Shown here in pieces: positions 8,664 to 18,164 of a DNA stretch of 64,000 nucleotides. Source of the stretch: Bdellovibrionales bacterium. GTDB taxonomy: Bacteria; Bdellovibrionota; Bdellovibrionia; Bdellovibrionales; UBA1609. The notes beneath the pieces were generated by a model. It made no database searches. It saw nothing but the letters and a program-made list of their open reading frames with translations, and was not told the origin of the DNA. The first letter of the stretch is position 1, and each line of letters starts with the position of its first letter. Where the stretch lies: NCBI GenBank assembly GCA_965199935.1, contig CBDATD010000001.1, positions 235,097 to 299,096 on the forward strand, in the 5' to 3' direction. The translations under genes were made by a program, and so were the position numbers.

Positions 8664-8789
8664 TCTGCGAAGAAAACATCTTATAGAACGGATATGCTTT
8701 CGCTTCTATGGCGACTGTTTTGCCAACGACTTGTTCTTAATCTAACAGCATTAAGCTGTGTACATGATTTAGCTGCAAGTCACAGTTGA
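8664..8789 (+). pseudogene. Type IV pilin fragment 3 (lacks start and N-terminal helix)
   Basis: Reads SAKKTSYRTDMLSL.., parallel to paralogue 2 (KKTAARTDLLGL). It shares an identical 22-mer, cgaagaaaacatcttatagaac (8668-8689), with paralogue 1 (7174-7195). Confidence 0.45.
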
Positions 8790-8790
8790 A

Positions 8791-8914
8791 TACAGAAAAA
8801 GGCCGGCGGGGGAAGGCTCTCAAGCAAGATGAAGATGGATCTGCTAATGTGTTCAACACGACTCATGCAAACGGGATTTGTGCGGCCTTTTCTTTTTTGA
8901 AAAGAAAGCAGTGG
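8791..8914. repeat. Copy A of a GC-rich hairpin sequence, split by a 57-nt insert
   Basis: tacagaaaaaggccggcgggggaaggctctcaagc[57 nt, 8826-8882]cggccttttcttttttgaaaag aligns with 10402-10462 on both sides of the insert. Confidence 0.6.
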
Positions 8915-8939
8915 ACTGCATCCTTGAGACGGCACAAAA

Positions 8940-8965
8940 GGAGAGCGAAAGCTCTCCCTTTTTTA
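8940..8965 (+). terminator. Rho-independent terminator
   Basis: Stem GGAGAGC (8940-8946), loop GAAA, stem GCTCTCC (8951-8957), then C-TTTTTT. Confidence 0.55.
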
Positions 8966-9126
8966 TAATAAGTGTCAGACAATGTTGTATTATGGTATAA
9001 TATTTGATAGTAGGATGACATGGGTAGAACAAAAAAGTATTTCTTCATTTTTGAATTTATTACGGATAAATATTTGTTACTGCGAATCAATAAGAAAGTT
9101 TTTTGTCGTCATAAAGGAGAGGTGAT

Positions 9127-9516
9127 ATGCAAGATGTAATCTTTGATAAAGATGGTAATCCATCTTTAATTATCAAAGGCAACTATCTAATTAGTTGCGA
9201 TAGAAATATGTATGCTGGATGCATTCAGGAGGATAGAATTTACGATTTTAATGGACAGCAAAGAGCCTGGTTAGAGGAAGGTCTATTAATTGATTTAAAT
9301 GGCAAAATTGTTGGATTTATGGAGCAAAGTTTAAATTCTGATAAAATTCACCTTGAGTTTCCTTCCACAAAAAATTTGGAAGAAGAAGTGAATCCAGAGA
9401 ATCCCCCCCCTTTAGAACCCGCCCTATTCCTTACTCACAATGTAAAGGATAAAATAAAGTTATCTTCAGACATAAAATGGTCGAACACCAATCCTTCAGC
9501 ACTGATGACCGCTTAG
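9127..9516 (+). CDS. '4-fold beta flower'-like small protein (tentative)
   Basis: 129 aa. It has repeated short beta-hairpin-like units (VIFDKDGNPSLIIKGNYLI.. RIYDFNGQQRAWLEEGLLIDLNGKIVGFME). A GGAGAGG RBS is present. Family name is from memory. Confidence 0.45.
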   Translation: MQDVIFDKDGNPSLIIKGNYLISCDRNMYAGCIQEDRIYDFNGQQRAWLEEGLLIDLNGKIVGFMEQSLNSDKIHLEFPSTKNLEEEVNPENPPPLEPALFLTHNVKDKIKLSSDIKWSNTNPSALMTA

Positions 9517-9517
9517 T

Positions 9518-10285
9518 ATGAGTTTGTACACCTTCTACGTTGACGATAGCTACTTTAATACTACACATAAAAAAGAAAAACATATGGTATTAGGTGGTTT
9601 AATAGTTGAGGATTCTATTGAAAATATACTGATAAAAGCATTTTATAGATTAAAAGAAGCATTTAATTTGAAAAAATATGATCCAATAAAATTTAGCCCG
9701 GAAAATAAATCAGAATATAGACCTCAAAGAACAATATCAGATCAAAATCAATTTAAAGAAAAAATACTTCAACTTGTTAATTCTCATAGTATAGCAATAA
9801 TATCTGCCTATTATCATAATACATCAAATATAAGTACTAGTGAGATGACATATCAGTTAATGAATGATTTGTTAATAAGGTTCCAATTTTATATTAAACA
9901 AAAAAATACTGATCACAACAGTCGAGGGTGTATCGTCCTTGCTTTTCCTGGAACAAAGCAAACTAGTGTTTTCAGTAAAAAATACCACGAGCTTAAAAAT
10001 CACACTGCAACTCTTCATTCAAAGAATTGGCATTCTCCTCCAAAAATACCGATAGAGTTAGATCTACTAGAACAGTCAATTTATTTTTCTTATGAAATTC
10101 ATAATCCACTAATACAGTTGGCCGATTTCATTTCTGGCAGTATTTCTTTTGCTTTAAAAAATAACGATGACAAATTTTTTAAAATCATCAAAAATAAATT
10201 CAGAAACTATAGAGGCAACATTAAAGGGTATGGATTAATCAGCTATCCTCACTATACGCGAGTCATTGATCGTCTATGTCGATAA
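9518..10285 (+). CDS. DUF3800 family protein
   Basis: 255 aa. N-terminal YTFYVDDSY and C-terminal PLIQLADFISGSI match the DUF3800 signature (DES-type start, QxAD motif). It starts 1 nt after the upstream stop. Confidence 0.65.
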   Translation: MSLYTFYVDDSYFNTTHKKEKHMVLGGLIVEDSIENILIKAFYRLKEAFNLKKYDPIKFSPENKSEYRPQRTISDQNQFKEKILQLVNSHSIAIISAYYHNTSNISTSEMTYQLMNDLLIRFQFYIKQKNTDHNSRGCIVLAFPGTKQTSVFSKKYHELKNHTATLHSKNWHSPPKIPIELDLLEQSIYFSYEIHNPLIQLADFISGSISFALKNNDDKFFKIIKNKFRNYRGNIKGYGLISYPHYTRVIDRLCR

Positions 10286-10401
10286 TCAATTGTTCAAATT
10301 TTCCAGCTGACTGTTAATTTGATTTAAGTGAAAAAAAGATTATGGATGAATTTCAAGAGGACTGCATATAGTGAGCTGTGCGGTTTTTGATTTCCGACAG
10401 T

Positions 10402-10462
10402 TTACAAAAAAGGCCGGCAGGGGCGCTCCCAAGCCGGCCTTTTCTTTTTTTGAAAACAGCAG
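10402..10462. terminator. Copy B of the GC-rich hairpin; intact bidirectional terminator
   Basis: AGGCCGGC (10411-10418), 14-nt loop, GCCGGCCT (10433-10440), flanked by an A-run upstream and a T-run downstream. It sits between convergent genes ending at 10285 (+) and 10475 (-). Confidence 0.6.
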
Positions 10463-10474
10463 TCAGCGTCTGCT

Positions 10475-11182
10475 CTAATTTAAAGATATTTTATTTATAT
10501 CGAGCTGAAAAGAGGATCCAGTGTCGTCGCCGTCCGCGGAAATCCATAAAGCTCCTGTCAGTTGAGGTTTTTCGAACGTGTGAGAATACGCAAAATCCCC
10601 CGGCTTGTTCATAAGCCACACATAATGTTCATGCAAATATTCTGAAAGAGGATGGACACGCTTTTGATTCAAAAGACTGGAAGATAAAACAGCAGTCAAA
10701 AATAAAATTCGATCCACACCTTGATTTTCAGGAGCCAGGGAAAACATTTTCTGCACCCAGTCTGGAGCCAGAAGAGACTCCACATAACTCAGCCTCTTAT
10801 CCCCCAAAAGAACAAGACCCAAGCGAAGAACAAAATCGTCAAAACCCTCTTGACCTTGTTTTTCAACAGGGTCCACTTTTACCAGCAGGTTGACGTGTCC
10901 ATTGATAGAAATTTTTTTAATTTTTTTTGGATTTTGAGTCATTGGATGAATCAGCGGGCTTGCTGAGTTCTGAACGTGAATCGATATTTTGTTAGAAGAA
11001 AATTTCAATCGGTTGGCCGGAAGAGAACTGTAGGACAAAGAATGCCACCCCTTTGAGTTCAAAGAAACATTTTCAGAACGAAGAAAAGAATCAACTATCA
11101 GCGGAGATTCACTTTTTTCCTTTTGAGAAGGACAGGCAGTAAAGAAAAACAATATTAAAAATGAAGCAAAGCTCTTTTTCAT
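10475..11182 (-). CDS. Lipoprotein of unknown function (possibly DUF3047-like)
   Basis: MKKSFASFLILFFFTAC is a signal peptide with a lipobox Cys. The internal ATG (11182) is preferred over the ORF-track start at 11212. The family guess is weak. Confidence 0.55.
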   Translation of the reverse strand: MKKSFASFLILFFFTACPSQKEKSESPLIVDSFLRSENVSLNSKGWHSLSYSSLPANRLKFSSNKISIHVQNSASPLIHPMTQNPKKIKKISINGHVNLLVKVDPVEKQGQEGFDDFVLRLGLVLLGDKRLSYVESLLAPDWVQKMFSLAPENQGVDRILFLTAVLSSSLLNQKRVHPLSEYLHEHYVWLMNKPGDFAYSHTFEKPQLTGALWISADGDDTGSSFQLDINKISLN

Positions 11183-11228
11183 GCAATAAAACGCCCTCAA
11201 CGCTGTAGGCATACTGATGACGAAAAAA

Positions 11229-11302
11229 TGCGCCCGAGAGGATTTGAACCCCTAACCCCTGGATCCGAAGTCCAGTGCTCTATCCAGTTGAGCTACGAGC
11301 GC
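11229..11302 (-). tRNA. tRNA-Arg (anticodon UCG)
   Basis: The reverse complement is GCGCTCGTAGCTCAACTGGATAGAGCACTGGACTTCGGATCCAGGGGTTAGGGGTTCAAATCCTCTCGGGCGCA. It has a 7-bp acceptor stem, anticodon loop CUUCGGA, a GGTTCAAATCC T-arm and discriminator A. CCA is not encoded. Confidence 0.9.
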
Positions 11303-11753
11303 CTGCTTAAAAGCAACCTAATACTCACCCCGCCCCATTACAATATATTTTTATTGACATTTCAAAAGCATTCTATTGGTATGCCGCAAACACTCCTGAT
11401 TATAAAGCCGCCTCAGAGGAATCATGCTCAAAACATTGGTGATATGGATGACTATGCTTTTCACTTTAGAAAATAAAGCAGAAAAATTCTATCAAGGGAT
11501 GGTCATCATGCATGAGATGACTCCTCATCAATTCACCTTTGTAGATATTGCTTTATCCTACAAGCTGCGCAAACTCTGTAAATTGGAAATAGAGAGAAAA
11601 CTGCTGACTCCAGAGATGAACAATCATTTAGAAGAAAGTTGGAGCGGCGGCAGACGGCTTCGGGCCTTATTTCCGGAAGACAGTGTGAATAAAAACACCC
11701 CTTGTTTTTTTTCCATCCATCCAAACACTTCAGCACAATAAAGGTCATTTAGG

Positions 11754-12239
11754 ATGAAAAAATTCTGGCTCATGAAATCGGAACCCTCTAACTATTCCAT
11801 CTATGATTTACAAAAAGAGAAAAAATCTCTCTGGGACGGTGTTAGAAACTATCAAGCCCGCAATTTTATGATGAAAGATATGCAAGTTGGAGACGCCGTG
11901 CTTTTTTATCACTCTTTAGCAAATCCGCCGGGGGTTGCCGGACTGGCCGAAGTTTCCGGAAAGGCCAGACCTGACCCTACAGCTGTGGATGCAAAATCAA
12001 AATACTTTGACCCTAAAGCCTCCAAGAAAAATCCCCGGTGGTATTGCGTGGAAGTGAAATTTAAAAAAGTTTTTAAAAATTTTATCTCCATCGACAGACT
12101 TAGAGAAGAACAAAAACTAAAGTCCATGCTGGTTCTTAAGAAAGGGCAAAGGCTCTCCATTATGCCTGTTCAAAAAAAAGAATTTGAACTTATTATACAA
12201 CTTTCTCATAGAACAACTAAAAACTCTGATATATCCTAA
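11754..12239 (+). CDS. EVE (PUA-like) domain protein
   Basis: MKKFWLMKSEPSNYSIYDLQKEKKSLWDGVRNYQARNFM..GDAVLFYHS is a typical stand-alone EVE/COG2947 sequence. Confidence 0.8.
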   Translation: MKKFWLMKSEPSNYSIYDLQKEKKSLWDGVRNYQARNFMMKDMQVGDAVLFYHSLANPPGVAGLAEVSGKARPDPTAVDAKSKYFDPKASKKNPRWYCVEVKFKKVFKNFISIDRLREEQKLKSMLVLKKGQRLSIMPVQKKEFELIIQLSHRTTKNSDIS

Positions 12240-12257
12240 AATAAAAAGGCCGATTTT

Positions 12258-14108
12258 ATGAAATTTGAAAAAGAACACAGTGAACTGAATTGGATTATTG
12301 CCGCCGGTGTTGTCGGCGCCGATATAGGAACATCTGTTTTTTACGGAACGGGCATCCTTTTCCCCATTGTCGGCTACTTTGCCCCTCTCTTCATCCTCAC
12401 CGCCTGCCTGGCCATGTGGATCTTTAAAAGAACTTACGAGGAGGGCCTGGCAATGAGCCCCTATAACGGCGGAGCCTATTCTATGATCTTAAGAAGTCTA
12501 GGACGTCGTATGGCGGTTGTCGCCGGAGCTTTGACTGTCGTGTCCTACCTTGCTACAGCGGCTGTCAGCTCTCTCTCAGGGGGTTATTATTTTTCCTCCC
12601 TCTTTGAAGGAGGACTGTCTGTCCAAGCTGTGGTGTGGATTTCATTTATTCCCGTGGCCGTCTTTGGTTTTTTAAACATAAAAGGAATCAAAGAGCCTGC
12701 AAAAATCGTGACAGGAGTGGCGGTGTCCCACTTTGCGCTCCTTATGCTGATTTCATTATGGGGTCTTATTTATCTCCTATTTCATTGGAGCGAAGTGAAT
12801 TTTTCAAAATTCTCTAATTTTTTCAATTACCCAAAAGAAATTACTTTCTCCACCTTGGCCTATGGGTTTTCCGCCGCCTTTTTAGGAATTACCGGCTTTG
12901 AATCCGCCGCTCAAATTGTAGAAAACCTGGAGAGACCCACTCTCAGCACTGTGCGAAAGCTTTACAAAGCAGTTATTATTTTAGTGTCCGTCACCGCTCC
13001 TGTCATCTCCATCTTATGTCTGACTATTTTGACGCCTGAAGAGGTACAGCAAAATCTGCATTACCTGCTTTCAGGACTCAGTAAAAAAATTGGAGGCTCC
13101 TTTCTGCTTTTCTTGATCGTCATTGACGCCACTTTGACTTTGTTCGCGGCTGTCAATACTGCTTTTGTGGGTTTGATCGGCCTGGCCGCCACCATGGCCA
13201 AACAAGGCAATCTGCCTCAAATGTTTCTCAAAAGACTCAACCACATATTTCCACAGCTGGAGGGTTATCCGGTTATCGTATTTTCTATGATGTTTCTGGT
13301 GATGATGATGTCCTCCTTTGTTGCAGGAGCCGTTGAAATCACGGCAAAGGTTTATGAAATTGCATTTTTAGGCGTTATGGTGAGCTTCGCTGTCGGTGTT
13401 ATTCTGATGAGGAATAAAGGCTATAGAAAAAAAACTCCTATGAAATATCTTTCTCACAGAATGATTAAAATCAAAAACTTTAAACTGCCGCTTCCTCCGG
13501 TGATGACAGCTCTTATTTTAGGTTTTTCTGTCTATCTTCTAGTTCTGCACGCCTCTTCCACTTCGCTGCTGCTCTTCACTTTTCTCTTCGGAAGCACACT
13601 GCTTATGATGGCCTACTATCGATGGGGAATGCTTGAAAACAGATTGGAATCCCACACGGATTTGCGTTTGGGGCTGGGGAGATTTCGCTCTATGAATGAA
13701 CTGCCCGAAGATTCTTGTAAGAAGTTTGTTTTATGCGTGGGAGCCCACCGCATCCGCCTCCTTATTAACAAAACAGTGGAGTATATCTTAAAAAGAGAGC
13801 AGGGGCCTTTTGAGTTGATTCTTTTTTACGCCGAAGAAGAAGACTCTTCAAACAGCCAAAATGTCCACTTCCATGAAATTTTCCAAAGGGTCGTATCTCA
13901 GCAGATCGCCCCCCTTCATGCACATAAAGATATCATTTTGACAGTTAAAATACTGCCTGAAAACCTTGTAGAAGGCTTAAAAGCCTTGAAAAAATCTATA
14001 AATTTTGAAAGAGTGTTTTTCGGTGTGGGAAAAGAGCCGGATCATTCCTACAATCTCAGAGATACAGTCGCAAAGGAGCTGGAAGTTCAAATTACGAGCA
14101 TTTATTAA
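12258..14108 (+). CDS. APC-family amino acid/polyamine permease with a cytoplasmic C-terminal domain
   Basis: 616 aa. It has about 12 hydrophobic segments and an N-terminal GADIGTSVFYGTG motif. The soluble tail of about 150 aa is USP-like. Confidence 0.7.
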   Translation: MKFEKEHSELNWIIAAGVVGADIGTSVFYGTGILFPIVGYFAPLFILTACLAMWIFKRTYEEGLAMSPYNGGAYSMILRSLGRRMAVVAGALTVVSYLATAAVSSLSGGYYFSSLFEGGLSVQAVVWISFIPVAVFGFLNIKGIKEPAKIVTGVAVSHFALLMLISLWGLIYLLFHWSEVNFSKFSNFFNYPKEITFSTLAYGFSAAFLGITGFESAAQIVENLERPTLSTVRKLYKAVIILVSVTAPVISILCLTILTPEEVQQNLHYLLSGLSKKIGGSFLLFLIVIDATLTLFAAVNTAFVGLIGLAATMAKQGNLPQMFLKRLNHIFPQLEGYPVIVFSMMFLVMMMSSFVAGAVEITAKVYEIAFLGVMVSFAVGVILMRNKGYRKKTPMKYLSHRMIKIKNFKLPLPPVMTALILGFSVYLLVLHASSTSLLLFTFLFGSTLLMMAYYRWGMLENRLESHTDLRLGLGRFRSMNELPEDSCKKFVLCVGAHRIRLLINKTVEYILKREQGPFELILFYAEEEDSSNSQNVHFHEIFQRVVSQQIAPLHAHKDIILTVKILPENLVEGLKALKKSINFERVFFGVGKEPDHSYNLRDTVAKELEVQITSIY

Positions 14109-14134
14109 AACTTATTTTCTATAAAGGAGACCCT

Positions 14135-14398
14135 ATGGCAGAAATTAAAATTTACACAAAGAGCACATGTCCGGCTTGTGATATGGCTAAGCAAATCTTA
14201 AAGAGCAAAGGAGCTGTTTTCACGGAACTCTGCATGGATGAAAAACCTGAAGAACTCCAGCGGCTCAAAGCACAAACAGGACTTCAAACAGTGCCTCAGA
14301 TTTTTATCAACGGCGAGATGATTGGAGGATGCTCAGATCTCATGAAACTGGACGAGGATAAAAAACTAGACCCCATGCTTCAGATTCAACCTGAATAA
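14135..14398 (+). CDS. grxC: Glutaredoxin
   Basis: 87 aa. It has the CPAC active site, TVPQIFINGEMIGGCSDL, and a GGAG RBS. Confidence 0.8.
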   Translation: MAEIKIYTKSTCPACDMAKQILKSKGAVFTELCMDEKPEELQRLKAQTGLQTVPQIFINGEMIGGCSDLMKLDEDKKLDPMLQIQPE

Positions 14399-14412
14399 TT
14401 GTTGAGGGCAAT

Positions 14413-15492
14413 TTGCATAAAATAGGAATTTTAGGTGGAGGGCAGTTGGCTCGAATGCTGGCCCTTAAAGCTCATGAGCTAGGACTCAAACCCTGCGTAC
14501 TCAGTGCTGACAAAGACGACCCCGCCGCTCAAGTCACATCCTTTTGGACTCAAGGAGACATTCACCGAACTTCTGACGTCACTCGATTTTTGAAAAAAAC
14601 AGATATCGTGACTTTTGAAAATGAATTTGTTTCGGCTCCTGCTCTGATGCAGTCTATGAAAAAAATAAAAACTCCGATTCACCCCCGCCCCCAAATTATC
14701 TCTCAACTGCAAGATCGATGGTTTCAAAAACGTCTTTTAAAAAAACACCATATCCCCACAGCTCCTTTTTTTAAAATTGACAACAGAGAACAGGCCCAGA
14801 AAGCTTTGGATCATTTTAAAGGCCGGATGGTTTTAAAGAAAAGACTCTTTGGATATGACGGGAAAGGAACTTTCGTTATTCAACATATGAAGCAAATGCC
14901 CCCTGGAAACAATTGGATCGCTGAAGAATTTATACCCTTTAAAAGAGAGCTGGCTCTTATTTTAGCAGTCTCCAAAAATCAAATAACCCCGCTCCCTTTA
15001 GTGGAAACTTTTCAAAAAAACTTTCGATGTTATTGGGTCAAAGGCCCCGTCTTTCATCCAAAGACAGCTGATCTAACTAAAAAACTCAAAATATTTTTGA
15101 GAAAAATCAACTATCGAGGGGTGATTGCCTTTGAGATTTTTGACATTTCAAAAAAACTAATCGTAAATGAAACAGCTCCCCGTGTGCATAATTCCGGACA
15201 TTATTCCCTTAACGCCCTTTCTAAAGATCAATTCAGCCTGCACTTAGAGTCTATTTTGGATCTGCCCCTTCAGCCTCCAAAAATTCTTTGCGGCGGCTTT
15301 GCAATGCTGAATTTATTAGGCAAAAGAGAAGCAGGGAACAATTGGAAAAAAATCAAAGGGATCTCTTTGCACAGTTATGGAAAAAAAATTCTTAAGGCAG
15401 GAAGAAAAATGGGGCATCTAAACAGCTGTGCTGATTCCCCACAGAAAGCTTTGGAAAATCTCTTTCGAGCAGAAAAATACTTCCAAAGCTGA
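14413..15492 (+). CDS. purK: N5-carboxyaminoimidazole ribonucleotide synthase
   Basis: 359-aa ATP-grasp protein. It starts KIGILGGGQLARML, has ..APRVHNSGHY.., and lies upstream of purE. Confidence 0.85.
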   Translation: MHKIGILGGGQLARMLALKAHELGLKPCVLSADKDDPAAQVTSFWTQGDIHRTSDVTRFLKKTDIVTFENEFVSAPALMQSMKKIKTPIHPRPQIISQLQDRWFQKRLLKKHHIPTAPFFKIDNREQAQKALDHFKGRMVLKKRLFGYDGKGTFVIQHMKQMPPGNNWIAEEFIPFKRELALILAVSKNQITPLPLVETFQKNFRCYWVKGPVFHPKTADLTKKLKIFLRKINYRGVIAFEIFDISKKLIVNETAPRVHNSGHYSLNALSKDQFSLHLESILDLPLQPPKILCGGFAMLNLLGKREAGNNWKKIKGISLHSYGKKILKAGRKMGHLNSCADSPQKALENLFRAEKYFQS

Positions 15493-15514
15493 AAGAATAT
15501 GGTAAAAACTGAAT

Positions 15515-15947
15515 ATGAAAAGCAGAAAATTGGTCTCTATTATTATGGGAAGCGATTCTGATCTGCCCTGCATGAAAAAAGCCGCAGAAGTTTTGGAAAA
15601 AGCTCAGGTGCCTTTTGAAGTGAGGATTGTGTCTGCTCACCGCACCCCCCAAGCCATGCAAAAGTACGCTCTCTCAGCAAAAAAAAGAGGAATTAAGGTC
15701 ATTATTGCCGGAGCTGGGAGGAGCCGCTCATTTGCCTGGCATGGTTGCCTCTCTCACCACACTTCCCGTCATTGGGGTTCCCATTAAAACAAAATCTTTG
15801 GACGGATTGGATTCCCTTCTATCCATTGCACAAATGCCTGAAGGAGTGCCGGTCGCTGCTATGGCCGTTCATGGTTCTGCCAATGCCGCCTTAATGTCTC
15901 TTCGCATCTTGGCGTTGTCCAATTCTTCCATTGCAAAAAAAAGCTGA
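15515..15947 (+). pseudogene. purE: N5-CAIR mutase PurE, frameshifted as assembled
   Basis: ORF 15515-15787 (..[27 protein letters not shown]) and ORF 15627-15947 (..[21 protein letters not shown]..) join with a 1-nt shift at the G-run 15716-15718. A second shift at the A8 run before 15947 may hide a longer C-terminus. Confidence 0.85.
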
Positions 15948-16051
15948 AAGTTTTCAAAATATACAAAAAACAAAAAGCCGTCAAAGCCAACAAAAACCTC
16001 AAAAGCCGAAAAATCTATGACAAAAACTAAGATGCGAAATATATCAAAAAT

Positions 16052-17091
16052 TCACAAAAGGGCTTTTAAAATCTTTTGCTCTCTATTCACACACCCATTT
16101 GAGCTTAAATCTGCTCCAGACCATGTGTAGTGAATATTGGAGTTTAACTTTATTTGGTTCAATCCACCCGATGGATAAATAGGAAATAAACAAGCCGGAA
16201 CCTCCCATTCACTGCTGAGGCAAACCCATCTGAAATTTGGAAAATAATTTTTCAAAGCCGTTGTTATATTTTGAACAGACTCCTTAAAATCACACAGAGA
16301 ATAAGGTGTTTTAAACCACACCTCCACAAGATTTTTGTCCTCCAAAGACCTTTTTAAACAAATGAACCTTTCATGCGTCCACGGAATATCCTCCGGGATC
16401 CGCTAAAACTAAATACAAAGGCACGGGGTACCCTTCATCATCAAACTCGTAGGTCAATTTTTGCCAGCACCAATGAGGGCGGACATAGAATTTTGAAAAA
16501 AATATATGGTAAAACCGCTCTCCAAAAACTCTCATCTCCTCTGGATTCAGCAAACAAACAATATTTTTTCCTTTGATTTCTCCTTTGTCTTTGTGAAAAA
16601 AAGAATTGGTTTTGTCATTAAAGAGACAATCATTGAAAACAACAACACTGGGGTTTAAACTTTGCGGCGTATTTCTCAAGAGGCCGAAATCTTTGAAGAC
16701 AAAAGAAACGTCTTCTTTCGCCGGCTCCTGATTCAAAGAAATGTCAACACCAGAAGTTAATTGCAGAAGAAGCCTTCGCAGCCAATTTTTTTTAAAATCA
16801 TCGTGATGAGCTGAGAGTATATTCTGGTACTCGGCACGCTTTTTATAAACAGAAGATAAAAAAAAACTCCTTGAAATGGAAAGATTTTTCCAAAGTTTTT
16901 ACCGAAAAACCAGAAACAGACTCCTCCCAATGAAAAGGAGGGGAAGAGTCCAGAAAAAAACCAAACGGCCCGCCTGCAGGTTCAGAAGAAGGACGATAAG
17001 AAATGTCAATAACGGCTGTTCGCTTTGTTGGAGCCAGCTGATTGGCTAAACGAACCTCTCTGCCGCCTGAGGACAACAAGAAGAACATCAA
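16052..17091 (-). pseudogene. Hypothetical protein (~346 aa when rejoined), two homopolymer frameshifts
   Basis: ORFs 16843-17091, 16371-16736 and 16052-16345 read through one another if 1 nt is changed at the A9 run (16858-16866) and the GGG run (16395-16397). No family recognised. Confidence 0.5.
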
Positions 17092-17097
17092 AAGAAT

Positions 17098-18106
17098 TCA
17101 AAGTTTTTCCCACGCGCTAAAATCCATTGTCCACCGAGAAGCAGAATGCGGCGAAATGTCTTCCACCTCCCCCAGTTTAAAGGCTTGTACGTTCATTTTT
17201 TTCAAATCTTCAACTAAGGAGCCGTACAAATGAGGAGAGCAAACAACAGCCATGCCCACTCCACAGTTAAAAGTTTTCAGCATTTTCTGCCAGCTCATGC
17301 CCGTTCTTTTTTGAACCTCTAAGAAGGACTGAGGCAGGGGCCAAGGCTGAAACACCGCCTGAGAGCCTTGAGGCAGAACTCGAAGTATATTGTCCAAACC
17401 TCCTCCTGTAATATGTGCCAGAGCATGAACACGGCCTTTGAGCGCATGACAAATTTTTACATAAAGGGCTGTGGGTTTCAGCAATGTTTCCGCCCAGTGA
17501 TCCATATCCTGCTCAAAAACTTTTCTTAACAAAGAGTATCCGTTGCTGTGAAATCCGGTGCTGGGCAAAGCCAACAGTGCATCCCCTTTTTGCACTTTTG
17601 AAGGCCCCAAAATATCCGGACGGTCCACAATTCCCACAACAAAGCCTGCACAGTCAAAATCATTCTTTTGATAAATGCCCGGCATTTCAGCCGTCTCGCC
17701 TCCCACTAAAGCACAAGCACTGTCGGAACAGGCCGTCTGAACCCCTGTTAAAAATTCTTTAAACGGCTCGTCGTTCAACCGGCCGCAGGCATAGTAATCT
17801 AAAAAAAATAAAAGGTTTTGCCCCCGTACAAATCAGATCGTTGACACACATCGCGACTAAATCCTGCCCTAAGCTTTTCAAAGCCTGGTATTTCAAAGCC
17901 AGTTTTAATTTTGTCCCCACTCCATCTGTACAGCTTACTAAACAAGGCTCCTTCACGCCGTCAGGGAGCATTTGGAAAATAGAGGCATAGCCTCCTCCTA
18001 CACCCGAAAGCACCCCTTCTTGATGATGGACAGCACCCTGCTTTTTCATCCACTGAACAAGCTCCTCTGCTCGACCTATGTCCACGCCTGACTTGAGATA
18101 ATCCAT
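17098..18106 (-). pseudogene. purM: Phosphoribosylformylglycinamidine cyclo-ligase (AIR synthetase), frameshifted as assembled
   Basis: The N-terminal ORF (..GGYASIF..SCTDGVGTKLKLA..VNDLICTGAKP) and C-terminal ORF (..DCAGFVVGIVD..LPSTGFHSNGYSL..AHITGGG) are shifted by 1 nt in A/T runs at ~17801-17813. Confidence 0.85.
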
Positions 18107-18164
18107 TTAAAACTCCACATACCATTATCATTTCAAGTTATAATCCAATTGCGGGGAGTGTGAA

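Noticed and set aside
8786-8968. ORFs 8786-8968 and 10378-10614 (+) have similar N-terminal peptides (..KGRRGKALK.. / ..KRPAGALPS..).
   Set aside because: Both merely read through the two copies of the GC-rich hairpin repeat. The similarity is a by-product of the DNA repeat, not a protein family.
11228-11741. ORFs 11228-11476 and 11424-11741 (+) lie in the tRNA-EVE intergenic region.
   Set aside because: The first is simply the antisense of the tRNA-Arg gene. The second has no RBS or recognisable motif and lies in probable promoter or leader DNA. I left it unannotated, although a small real gene cannot be excluded given the frameshift problem.
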